32,056 nt of DNA. Origin: a virus (taxonomy: Duplodnaviria; Caudoviricetes). The translations under genes were made by a program, and so were the position numbers. The notes below the pieces were generated by a model. The model was not told where the DNA came from, did not search any database, and was given only the letters and a program-made list of their open reading frames with translations. The stretch spans positions 1 to 32,056 of the IMG/VR virus record IMGVR_UViG_3300030060_003579; one strand, given 5' to 3'. This document shows, in pieces, positions 1 through 6,951 of the stretch (positions are counted from its first letter, which is position 1; the number at the start of each line of letters is the position of its first letter).

Positions 1-10
1 ATAAAGCTAA

Positions 11-42
11 GGTTACAAGTTCAAATCTGGTCACCCCGACCA
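11..42 (+). mobile_element. attP: attP core: 3' end of a tRNA with a tRNA-Pro-type acceptor strand
   Basis: GGTTACAAG-TTCAAAT-CTGGT-CACCCCG-A-CCA gives a T-arm (one A.G mismatch), an acceptor strand ending G72-A73 as in tRNA-Pro, and CCA. It lies upstream of a tyrosine integrase operon. Confidence 0.85.
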
Positions 43-53
43 AATCACCTAAT

Positions 54-105
54 TTTCAAACCCTATGTTTTCTGCCAGTTTTTAAGGCACAGCAAGGGTT
101 TGAAA
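54..105 (+). terminator. Long hairpin directly after the tRNA fragment (possible terminator or processing stem for the restored tRNA)
   Basis: TTTCAAACCCT (54-64) / AGGGTTTGAAA (95-105) with inner TGCC/GGCA; no strong U tract. Confidence 0.5.
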
Positions 106-177
106 CATATCTAACAGATTATTTTACTAATCTACTACAATACCTTTCTAAGACATTTACAACTATTTTACAGCAAA

Positions 178-220
178 TATGTGGTTACCATGTGGTTAGT
201 AAAAAATTCAATGGTTACCA
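178..220 (+). repeat. Putative integrase arm-type binding repeats
   Basis: TGTGGTTACCA (180-190), TGTGGTTAGTA (191-201) and TGGTTACCA (212-220), about 140-180 bp from the att core. Confidence 0.7.
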
Positions 221-240
221 GTTTTATACTGATGACCCTC

Positions 241-269
241 TTGACATACTAGGCGCTTACGCCTATAAT
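241..269 (+). promoter_or_regulatory. Consensus sigma70 promoter of the integrase operon with an operator in the spacer
   Basis: TTGACA (241-246), 17 bp, TATAAT (264-269); palindrome TAGGCG-CTTA-CGCCTA at 250-265. Confidence 0.9.
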
Positions 270-301
270 ATAATTATTAACGCAAATATTGGAGAATGAC
301 G

Positions 302-475
302 ATGACACCAACGCAGGCCATTAAAGAAATAGATACTGTTATTGAGCAGATCATTTCTAAAACAGAAAAGGACAAAGCTAAAAAGCTTAAAAAAGCCTAT
401 GAGATAGTAAAGCAAGACTATCAGGATAAAATTAACTTATCTGTGATTAGAACAGATCATAGCCTTTACCTTTAG
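302..475 (+). CDS. Small hypothetical protein, 57 aa (absent from ORF track)
   Basis: GGAG RBS at 291; MTPTQAIKEIDTVIEQIISKTEKDKAKKLKKAYEIVKQDYQDKINLSVIRTDHSLYL; the stop overlaps the next RBS. Confidence 0.75.
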   Translation: MTPTQAIKEIDTVIEQIISKTEKDKAKKLKKAYEIVKQDYQDKINLSVIRTDHSLYL

Positions 476-487
476 GAGAATGACGAA

Positions 488-808
488 ATGAAAATGACAT
501 TTAAAATAAAATCTAAAAAACATTTTGAAAAATTATTACGCAATTCTACAGCCTGCATAAAATTTTATGATGAACAAAGTGGTTTTTTAAATGATGGTGA
601 TAAAAAAATCCATTCACCGATTTTAGGTGACCCTGAAGTAGCATATCAAATTGCAAGGATTTATATTGATTTATATGAAATATATTTGTCAATCAGTTGT
701 GACTTTGATTTAGGTAATTATCCATATACTCTTTTTAGTTCATCAAATATTGATAATTACCCTTTTTATTGGAAAGGTTTTGAATACTTAGAAAATTTTG
801 GAGAATGA
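488..808 (+). CDS. Hypothetical protein, 106 aa, very AT-rich
   Basis: ORF with AGGAG RBS at 474-478; no recognisable motif. Confidence 0.7.
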   Translation: MKMTFKIKSKKHFEKLLRNSTACIKFYDEQSGFLNDGDKKIHSPILGDPEVAYQIARIYIDLYEIYLSISCDFDLGNYPYTLFSSSNIDNYPFYWKGFEYLENFGE

Positions 809-809
809 C

Positions 810-1985
810 ATGGATATTAAAATAAAATATCAAAAATCATTAAAAATTTATGTGGCTAGAATATCTGATGGTTCTCGATATGGTAGACAAATCTATGGCA
901 AAACACCTGAAATAGTTAAAGAAAAACTACAAGGTTTTTGGTTAATGCCTACTAAGCAGAACAGAGATAGCATAACTATAGGTGAGGTATTGTCAGGTTT
1001 TATTCTGCACATGGAGAAAAGAACTTTAGGCAAGGTTGATGGACAGAAAAGAATTAGGCTGCAAAGTTATGAAAACTATAAATCTTATGACAAAGCTTTG
1101 GTTGCACTTACTGTTTTATCTAAGCCTTTAGGTGATTATAAAATACAACAGATAGATAAAAACTTTCTTAATGAAATACTAAATGCACTTGAACAGAAGT
1201 ATAATACTCACAGTGCAAAGCATAAGCATGAGTTATTTAGCTATTTTAAAAGTGCAATGCTGTGGTTGCACAAACAGGATAGAGAACTGTATCCACTTGT
1301 TGACCTCAAAGAGATTGTTGTGAAGCTTACAAAGAAAGAATCTTTTGTTCCTAAAAGACTAGATGCTCAGCTTGTATTGAGAACTGTTGACCAGGTATGC
1401 AAGGAAAAGTATGCAATATATGTTTACCTCTGTGCCAATGGTTTAAGGGCATCTGAGGCAAATGGTTTAAAGCCATCTGACTTTGATTGGACTAAAAACA
1501 CTGTGCATATTCAGAGAACTGTAGACAAGTCAAGAAATGTTATTGCTATTGAGACAGGCTATGAGTGTGGAACTAAAACTCCATCGTCTAACAGAAAAGT
1601 ACCATTAGGATCAGAATTGGCTAATAGAATTAGAAAGTTTATTATGTTGCACCCAAACCTAGAATGGATGTTTCAAGCAGATAGAAAATACGATGGCAGA
1701 CCTATTAAGCAGCAGAATTTAGCTAAAGGTGGTTTGCATAAAGCATTAAAGCATTTAAAAGAAAAAGGGCAGAATGTAGAATGGAAAGGTGCAATGCATG
1801 GTCTAAGACATTACTATGGCTCTTTGTTATTGGCTGAAGCTGCTAAACTTGGTAGAAACCCAACATGGGTACAGAAGAGGCTAGGGCATAGCAATTTACA
1901 AACAACGCTTGGCATCTATTCACATGACATTGATGAAGATAACCAAGAGTTAAATAATGAAGTAGAAAGACGTTTAAACGGCTAA
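810..1985 (+). CDS. int: Tyrosine integrase
   Basis: Catalytic set GLRASE, TKT, HGLRH, LGH, IYSH. ATG 810 follows GGAG at 800 (the track starts at TTG 798). Confidence 0.95.
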   Translation: MDIKIKYQKSLKIYVARISDGSRYGRQIYGKTPEIVKEKLQGFWLMPTKQNRDSITIGEVLSGFILHMEKRTLGKVDGQKRIRLQSYENYKSYDKALVALTVLSKPLGDYKIQQIDKNFLNEILNALEQKYNTHSAKHKHELFSYFKSAMLWLHKQDRELYPLVDLKEIVVKLTKKESFVPKRLDAQLVLRTVDQVCKEKYAIYVYLCANGLRASEANGLKPSDFDWTKNTVHIQRTVDKSRNVIAIETGYECGTKTPSSNRKVPLGSELANRIRKFIMLHPNLEWMFQADRKYDGRPIKQQNLAKGGLHKALKHLKEKGQNVEWKGAMHGLRHYYGSLLLAEAAKLGRNPTWVQKRLGHSNLQTTLGIYSHDIDEDNQELNNEVERRLNG

Positions 1986-1994
1986 ATTATTTTC

Positions 1995-2207
1995 TTATCC
2001 ACTATCTTTTCTATCAGTCGTGCTTTGATAGCGTGGCTGATTTTTTATCCACTCATTTATCTCCTGTTTTGAATAATAAATTCTTTTACCAATTTTCATA
2101 AATTTTGGAGCATACTTTGGGCCTTTATATCTATACCATTGTAAAGTTTTAATTGATATTCCAGTAAGTTCTGAAAGTTCAGTTTCACTAATTAATATTT
2201 TTTCCAT
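1995..2207 (-). CDS. xis: Excisionase / AlpA-MerR-like HTH protein
   Basis: LISETELSELTGISIKTLQWYRYKG..PKFMKIGKRIYYSKQEINEWI pattern; convergent with int. Confidence 0.8.
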   Translation of the reverse strand: MEKILISETELSELTGISIKTLQWYRYKGPKYAPKFMKIGKRIYYSKQEINEWIKNQPRYQSTTDRKDSG

Positions 2208-2210
2208 AAA

Positions 2211-2498
2211 TTACTCCTTATTTTCTACAGGCCAAAGGTTGCGAGTTGCACCTTCTTTCTTGATCTTGCCGCTTGCAACTAATTTATTTATCGCATAGTT
2301 AAGTCCATTCGGACTTTTTCCATACCCTTTCTCACCATTAAGATAATCATGTATCTCTCTCTGTGTTGGCGGTATCTTGTGCTGCTTTACATAGTCTTTG
2401 ATAAACTCCAAAGCATGAACTCCCATAAGGGTAACACCTCTGTTTCTGTAGCTTGTATCTTGATCCTCTCTATCCATAATCTTTATAATGTTCTGCAT
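2211..2498 (-). CDS. LexA N-terminal-like winged-helix DNA-binding protein (no peptidase domain)
   Basis: LEFIKDYVKQHKIPPTQREI..KSPNG...INKLVASGKIKK..TRNL resembles the LexA DNA-binding domain. Confidence 0.75.
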   Translation of the reverse strand: MQNIIKIMDREDQDTSYRNRGVTLMGVHALEFIKDYVKQHKIPPTQREIHDYLNGEKGYGKSPNGLNYAINKLVASGKIKKEGATRNLWPVENKE

Positions 2499-2685
2499 TA
2501 AATTTTACCTCTATTCTTCCCTGTAGAACTGTCACAATACGTTTGATTAAACTGTAGTGTGGTTCTTTTAAATTGTTTTCTAGCCTATACAAAGTTGTCT
2601 CAGAGACATCTGCACTCATGGCAACTGCCTCTCTTGACCAACCCAGTTCAAGCCTTTGTTTTTTTATTTGATCACCAATGGTCAT
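2470..2685 (-). CDS. XRE-family HTH protein
   Basis: IGDQIKKQRLELGWSREAVAMSADVSETTLYRLENNLKEP. Confidence 0.85.
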   Translation of the reverse strand: MTIGDQIKKQRLELGWSREAVAMSADVSETTLYRLENNLKEPHYSLIKRIVTVLQGRIEVKFNAEHYKDYG

Positions 2686-2870
2686 TCTTTTTTTTCCAAA
2701 GCTGCTTTCATAAACTCCATAGCCTTATGAAACATCTGTTCTTTAGACATTTTGATTTCATATTGCTTACCCTCAACAACCAAAAGCACAATATCTGCTC
2801 TTGGAATTATGAAAGTATGGTGTTTATTATCTGTAGCCTTGCCCACTGTTACCTGGATCAGCAGGGTCAT
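2682..2870 (-). CDS. Hypothetical protein, 62 aa
   Basis: Fits the leftward operon, with an ATGA overlap to the next gene. Confidence 0.6.
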   Translation of the reverse strand: MTLLIQVTVGKATDNKHHTFIIPRADIVLLVVEGKQYEIKMSKEQMFHKAMEFMKAALEKKE

Positions 2871-3159
2871 TCATTGGCATACTATTGCTTATATGCTGTG
2901 GCCCACCTTGATTGTAGTTTTGCTGTTGATAGTTTTGTTGCTGTGGTTGACCCATGCCCTGACCAGGCTTTTGTCCTTTTGGAAGAACAACCATCTTGCC
3001 TTGTCTCTGTGGCAACATATTGAGTAGAAATGATGGTTCAGCTTCACCTCTTGATGGGTTAGGCGGCAGTATTACACCAATCTTGTTTGCATACTCAGGT
3101 TTGTAACCTTTTTGTGGATTACCTTCTATAAAGTATATATCCTGTTGTTCCTGTATCAT
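2827..3159 (-). CDS. Hypothetical protein with Q/G/N-rich tail (possibly ssDNA-binding-like)
   Basis: Small beta-rich N-terminus plus GQGMGQPQQQNYQQQNYNQGG tail; recombination-module context. Confidence 0.6.
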   Translation of the reverse strand: MIQEQQDIYFIEGNPQKGYKPEYANKIGVILPPNPSRGEAEPSFLLNMLPQRQGKMVVLPKGQKPGQGMGQPQQQNYQQQNYNQGGPQHISNSMPMNDPADPGNSGQGYR

Positions 3160-3533
3160 ATTGATAGCATCCCTTCTTTTGTTCTGAATAAATTTGTGTA
3201 TAAGTCGTATAAGTCAGCATGGTTCGCAAACTCTCTGATGAGAGCGATATTGTTATCGTGAAACCTGCCAATCTCCTGTGTTGGGTCACCATATAGGTAA
3301 CGTAAATCATTGATGGCAACTAAGGCTTTCATCACCTCTACAAAGGAAGCTGTAGCCTTTGCCCTGTTGTCAGGGTTGCCCATATAAATATCAAATGTCT
3401 GTGTAGCATTTACTGTCCATTCTTTAAGTTCATCTACTGTCTTTATTGTTCCTGCTGCACAAGCCTGTTGCACAACTCCAGTGGTATAGATGTTTCTGCT
3501 CTCAGCAGGTGTTGTAGGTTTAAATGCCATCAT
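3156..3533 (-). CDS. Hypothetical protein, 125 aa (recombination module)
   Basis: GGAG RBS; downstream of the PD-(D/E)XK nuclease. Confidence 0.75.
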   Translation of the reverse strand: MMAFKPTTPAESRNIYTTGVVQQACAAGTIKTVDELKEWTVNATQTFDIYMGNPDNRAKATASFVEVMKALVAINDLRYLYGDPTQEIGRFHDNNIALIREFANHADLYDLYTNLFRTKEGMLSI

Positions 3534-3544
3534 ATACTCCCATA

Positions 3545-3600
3545 TATTTGGTGAGGGTCTAAATTTGAACGAGGAAACATGAAACTAGACCCTCATAACT
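3545..3600 (-). ncRNA. Candidate structured RNA, hairpin A (10-bp stem, 24-nt loop, 3' ACCA)
   Basis: Minus strand AGTTA-TGAGGGTCTA-[GTTTCATGTTTCCTCGTTCAAATT]-TAGACCCTCA-CCAAATA; flanks identical to 30994-31044. Confidence 0.55.
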
Positions 3601-3697
3601 AATTAACTGCAGAAACTGCAATGAGAAACAACAGATAGACAACTATAATTATCAGCATCCATTTTCTCATAAATAATTCTATTGGGGTTCTACTCAT
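3599..3697 (-). CDS. Small single-TM membrane protein, 32 aa (absent from ORF track)
   Basis: MSRTPIELFMRKWMLIIIVVYLLFLIAVSAVN; the start overlaps the end of the nuclease gene. Confidence 0.6.
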   Translation of the reverse strand: MSRTPIELFMRKWMLIIIVVYLLFLIAVSAVN

Positions 3698-4526
3698 TTC
3701 TGTATCCCCATATCTTTTTTACCTGTGCTATTATTTCACTATCAACATTGTTCCAAACATAGTGACTGAAGTTTGGAATTATATAGCGTGAAATAATCTC
3801 TGCCTTATCACTTATTTTTAATAAATTCTGTCTTGCCCTTGCCGACATTCGCATGGTTTCAAATGCAGAATTTAAGGCTTGTGGTTGTAATAACTCACAA
3901 TTTGTCTGATCAAACACCATATAGCCTTTGTGGTTAGCATAGATGATTCTGACAGGTTTATTAGATGCTTTGCTGTATATAGCAGCCTGTCTTACATTAC
4001 TCGCTGTAGGACTCTTTGGTAGCGACTGTGTACGTTCTGAGAAAGTACCATCAGCTTTCTGAAAAGGTGTTGGCCATTTGCTTTTAGCTTCATTGATATA
4101 ATCAAACTCTACTACATCAACATAACCGCCAACATTAAGGTCAATTCCTTCAGCATCTGTCTTGCAAAGCTGTTCTATTTCATCAACTTTTATATTGCAC
4201 TCAGCAGATGCCAGGACAAAGTTATTAACTACAGTATCAAAATGTTTCATGCATAATTTATGCTGTTCATGGTCTTTGGCATTGGGTGCATTAAACTTAG
4301 ATAGTTCGTGCTTACAAGTCTCTATAGCTTCTTTTAATGGTTTACCCTCTAAATACATCTGCCATGCCCTATGAGCCTCTCCACCTGCTCTCATCTTGCT
4401 ATTTGCAGGGTTAATTCTATCTCTATCAAGACCTGCTACATACTTGGCAATGAAGAAGTCCAAAGGACAATGCTCAGGGTCTAGACGGCTCGGAAACCAC
4501 ATATCAATAAGATTGCTCATAGTCAT
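3690..4526 (-). CDS. PD-(D/E)XK (Cas4/RecB-like) exonuclease
   Basis: MRAGGEAH, IEQ, GGYVD, INEAKS, RQAAIYS motifs; start may be ATG 4520. Confidence 0.8.
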   Translation of the reverse strand: MTMSNLIDMWFPSRLDPEHCPLDFFIAKYVAGLDRDRINPANSKMRAGGEAHRAWQMYLEGKPLKEAIETCKHELSKFNAPNAKDHEQHKLCMKHFDTVVNNFVLASAECNIKVDEIEQLCKTDAEGIDLNVGGYVDVVEFDYINEAKSKWPTPFQKADGTFSERTQSLPKSPTASNVRQAAIYSKASNKPVRIIYANHKGYMVFDQTNCELLQPQALNSAFETMRMSARARQNLLKISDKAEIISRYIIPNFSHYVWNNVDSEIIAQVKKIWGYRNE

Positions 4527-4529
4527 TTA

Positions 4530-4558
4530 ATCTTATAGGCATTAACGCCTATAGTAAA
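4530..4558 (-). promoter_or_regulatory. Leftward early promoter with operator
   Basis: Minus strand TTTACT (4558-4553), 17 bp, TAAGAT (4535-4530); the spacer holds TAGGCG-TTAA-TGCCTA (4551-4536). Confidence 0.75.
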
Positions 4559-4574
4559 GCCAAAAAAAAACATA

Positions 4575-5207
4575 TTATGGTCTAATCCAATCAACTATCA
4601 TTATCCATTTTATTTGACCTATATTTGGCTCAGCTATGTTTGTTCCAGGCAACATGACAAGTTCAAATTTATTGTTTGCAGTAGTTGTAAGATAACCTAA
4701 ATGCCTACAGTTAGTTATACATTCAGCCACAACCAGTTTACCTATATTTTTAATTATTTCTTCATCATCTGTAATCATCTTTGGCTTACAGAAATATGCT
4801 CTTGTTTGATTCATTATCTTTGTTGAGTTCATGCCAAAAGCTACATATTCCTGCCCATTATCTTTAATCATTGTAGAGCCTGGTGTATCAGGACTAAGGG
4901 CTGTTATCTCCCAGTTATTCTCAGGGTTTACTAAACCTAAATAACGCACTTCCCTTAAATCATCTAATGGCTGAGCAAGCTGCATGAATGTAGCAAAATC
5001 AGGAAATCTTTTTGATAGTTTACCTACAGTTCTCATTGAGAGAACATGATCTGCCCTAGTCGATATATCATTGACAAAGCCAGTAAGTGTACTGGGTGAA
5101 ACATCAGCTTCAGATGCAAATTCTGATAAACTCATACCATGCGTTTTCGCACAGTTAAGTAAAGCCTGTTTAATCTGATTCCTATTCATAAATGACGAAT
5201 AATACAT
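4575..5207 (-). CDS. CI-like repressor (N-terminal XRE HTH, divergent C-terminal domain)
   Basis: GMSLSEFASEADVSPSTLTGFVN HTH; divergent from a cro-like gene; alternative start ATG 5189. Confidence 0.75.
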   Translation of the reverse strand: MYYSSFMNRNQIKQALLNCAKTHGMSLSEFASEADVSPSTLTGFVNDISTRADHVLSMRTVGKLSKRFPDFATFMQLAQPLDDLREVRYLGLVNPENNWEITALSPDTPGSTMIKDNGQEYVAFGMNSTKIMNQTRAYFCKPKMITDDEEIIKNIGKLVVAECITNCRHLGYLTTTANNKFELVMLPGTNIAEPNIGQIKWIMIVDWIRP

Positions 5208-5299
5208 TTTTTACCCTTTTACAAGTATGTTACCAAAATAATACCAATCTATAACAATAAACGCATATTTAATTGATAAATTTTACCATTTTGCACTAA

Positions 5300-5328
5300 T
5301 TTACATTATAGGCGTTTGTGCATAGAGT
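5300..5328 (+). promoter_or_regulatory. Rightward early promoter with degenerate operator
   Basis: TTTACA (5300-5305), 17 bp, TAGAGT (5323-5328); TAGGCG-TTTG-TGCATA (5309-5324) sits in the same register as at 241-269. Confidence 0.7.
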
Positions 5329-5357
5329 ACTTACTAGGTACTAAACAAATAACAAAA

Positions 5358-5543
5358 ATGTCAAACGAATTATTACAAAATCTTATAAAAAAAATAGAGC
5401 TTACTTATGGTAGTATATGGCGAGCATCACAGACACTAGATGTTGATTACTCCACTTTGCTCAGATGGCGAAAAGAGCAGCAAAAACCCAACACAGCTAC
5501 CCTAGAACGTATTGCAGAGGAGATGAATCGCAATGACAACTAA
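5358..5543 (+). CDS. Cro-like HTH protein
   Basis: GSIWRASQTLDVDYSTLLRWRKEQQKPNTATLERIA; ATG 5358 preferred over TTG 5316, which lies inside the promoter. Confidence 0.8.
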   Translation: MSNELLQNLIKKIELTYGSIWRASQTLDVDYSTLLRWRKEQQKPNTATLERIAEEMNRNDN

Positions 5544-5730
5544 AATAGAAGAACTTTCATTGGCTGCACAGAAGCGAATCATTGAGCGATTAGACCGCAT
5601 AGAAAAAAACTTTGACCGTCTATTTGATAATCTTGATGATCTGAAGGGTGGCATCAACCGACATGATCAGACCCTTTATGAAACTTTAGTCAAACCTGTC
5701 AGAGATGAAGAGGATTTTGATGGGCGGTAA
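5533..5730 (+). CDS. Small coiled-coil hypothetical protein
   Basis: GAGGAG RBS; overlaps both neighbours. Confidence 0.7.
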   Translation: MTTKIEELSLAAQKRIIERLDRIEKNFDRLFDNLDDLKGGINRHDQTLYETLVKPVRDEEDFDGR

Positions 5731-6049
5731 ACATTCAAGGAACAAAGGTGCAGCATATGAAAGAGAGATTGTTAATCAGCTAAAAGAACATGGTGTACTA
5801 GCTGAGAGAGTACCATTGTCAGGTGCTATGAAGGGTAATTATGGCGGTGATATAAAGCTTGGCCCTGTACTTGGATATATCGGAGAGTGCAAACGCTCCA
5901 AGAAAAGCCTTAGTAGAATTTATAAAGCATTAGAGCAGGACAACGCTGATTTTCTGTTTGCAAGAGATGATGGCAAGGAGACTGTAGCCATTGTTAGAAT
6001 GGAAACCTTACTGACATTGTTTAAGCAGCTTGGATGGGCGAATGAATGA
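5720..6049 (+). CDS. Hjc-type Holliday junction resolvase
   Basis: SRNKGAAYERE..RVPLSGA..GDI..GECKR; start ATG 5720 after GAGG. Confidence 0.85.
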   Translation: MGGKHSRNKGAAYEREIVNQLKEHGVLAERVPLSGAMKGNYGGDIKLGPVLGYIGECKRSKKSLSRIYKALEQDNADFLFARDDGKETVAIVRMETLLTLFKQLGWANE

Positions 6050-6809
6050 GAAACTCAGGCATCTTGATTTATTCTCAGGTATCGGTGGCTTTGCACTTGG
6101 TCTTGAAAGCACTGGCGGTTTTAAAACAGTTGGTTTCTGTGACAATGAACCCTTTGCTCAAAAGGTGCTTAAAAAGCATTGGCCTGACGTTCCCTGCTAT
6201 GAGGATGTAAGGGATGTCGGAGTGGAAACAGTTGGATATAGAGGAGTGGATATCATCACAGGAGGATTTCCCTGTCAGCCCTTCAGTGTCGCAGGAAAGC
6301 AAGACCCAAAAGACAACCGCCAACTCTGGCCTGAAATGTTTAGAATTATCAAAGAAATCAGACCCACCTACGTCATTGGAGAGAATGTCAGAAATCTTAT
6401 TAGCATCAGAGAAGGAGTGGTATTCGAGCAGGTGTGTACTGACCTGGAAGGTGAAGGTTACCAAGTGCAGACGTTTGTATTACCTGCTTCAGCAGTCAAC
6501 GCACCGCACCAAAGATACAGATGTTGGATTGTTGGTATCATGGCCGACTCCACAACATCAAGATCACAAACATCATCCAAAAAACGCTTGGAACAGAAAG
6601 AAACAGAAAAAACAGATGCAATTACCTCACATGGTGGGAATATCAGAAACTTCAACTTTAAAAACAACTGGACAGTTGAACCCTCAGTGGGTCGAGTGGC
6701 TCATGGGATACCCAATAGGGTGGACAGACTTAAAGGACTAGGCAATGCAGTTGTGCCACAGATACCTGCTGTTTTGGGTAGAGCGATATTAGAGGTGCAT
6801 GATGGCTAA
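6042..6809 (+). CDS. DNA (cytosine-5) methyltransferase, large (alpha) polypeptide
   Basis: Motif I DLFSGIGG, IV GFPCQPFS, VI GENV, VIII HQRYR, X RLKGLGNAVVP; motif IX is not in this frame. Confidence 0.92.
   Translation: MNEKLRHLDLFSGIGGFALGLESTGGFKTVGFCDNEPFAQKVLKKHWPDVPCYEDVRDVGVETVGYRGVDIITGGFPCQPFSVAGKQDPKDNRQLWPEMFRIIKEIRPTYVIGENVRNLISIREGVVFEQVCTDLEGEGYQVQTFVLPASAVNAPHQRYRCWIVGIMADSTTSRSQTSSKKRLEQKETEKTDAITSHGGNIRNFNFKNNWTVEPSVGRVAHGIPNRVDRLKGLGNAVVPQIPAVLGRAILEVHDG
6214..6741 (+). CDS. Nested +1-frame methyltransferase small (beta) polypeptide carrying motif IX
   Basis: 175-codon ORF inside the MTase; GAGG at 6201-6204; ends LNPQWVEWLMGYPIGWTD (motif IX-like) and contains WPTP. Confidence 0.75.
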   Translation: MSEWKQLDIEEWISSQEDFPVSPSVSQESKTQKTTANSGLKCLELSKKSDPPTSLERMSEILLASEKEWYSSRCVLTWKVKVTKCRRLYYLLQQSTHRTKDTDVGLLVSWPTPQHQDHKHHPKNAWNRKKQKKQMQLPHMVGISETSTLKTTGQLNPQWVEWLMGYPIGWTDLKD

Positions 6810-6951
6810 AGAAAGAGATGAGATAGAGGTAAGGCTTGACAATAATAAATGCCCTTACTGCCTGGCTGAATTAATTGACAGCCATGAGGAGGTCAAAAAA
6901 TGTTGGGTCTGTGGTTTAGTTGTATCCACTGCTAAGGATGAAGATGACTGA
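6802..6951 (+). CDS. Small zinc-ribbon protein, 49 aa (absent from ORF track)
   Basis: MAKERDEIEVRLDNNKCPYCLAELIDSHEEVKKCWVCGLVVSTAKDEDD; GAGGT RBS; overlaps both neighbours. Confidence 0.8.
   Translation: MAKERDEIEVRLDNNKCPYCLAELIDSHEEVKKCWVCGLVVSTAKDEDD

Noticed and set aside
303-311. TGACACCAA as a target of the hairpin B loop
   Set aside because: Only 9 nt, and equally long matches occur elsewhere (near 3074 and 7801), so it cannot be told from chance.
2559-3027. Plus-strand ORFs 2559-3023 and 2752-3027
   Set aside because: Antisense shadows of a tightly coupled minus-strand operon; the hydrophobic look comes from the complement of Q/N codons.
3579-3602. Plus-strand SD + ATG mini-ORF (MKLDPHN) inside hairpin A
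   Set aside because: Only 7 codons, against the local transcription direction, with no evident promoter; better read as the complement of an anti-RBS loop.
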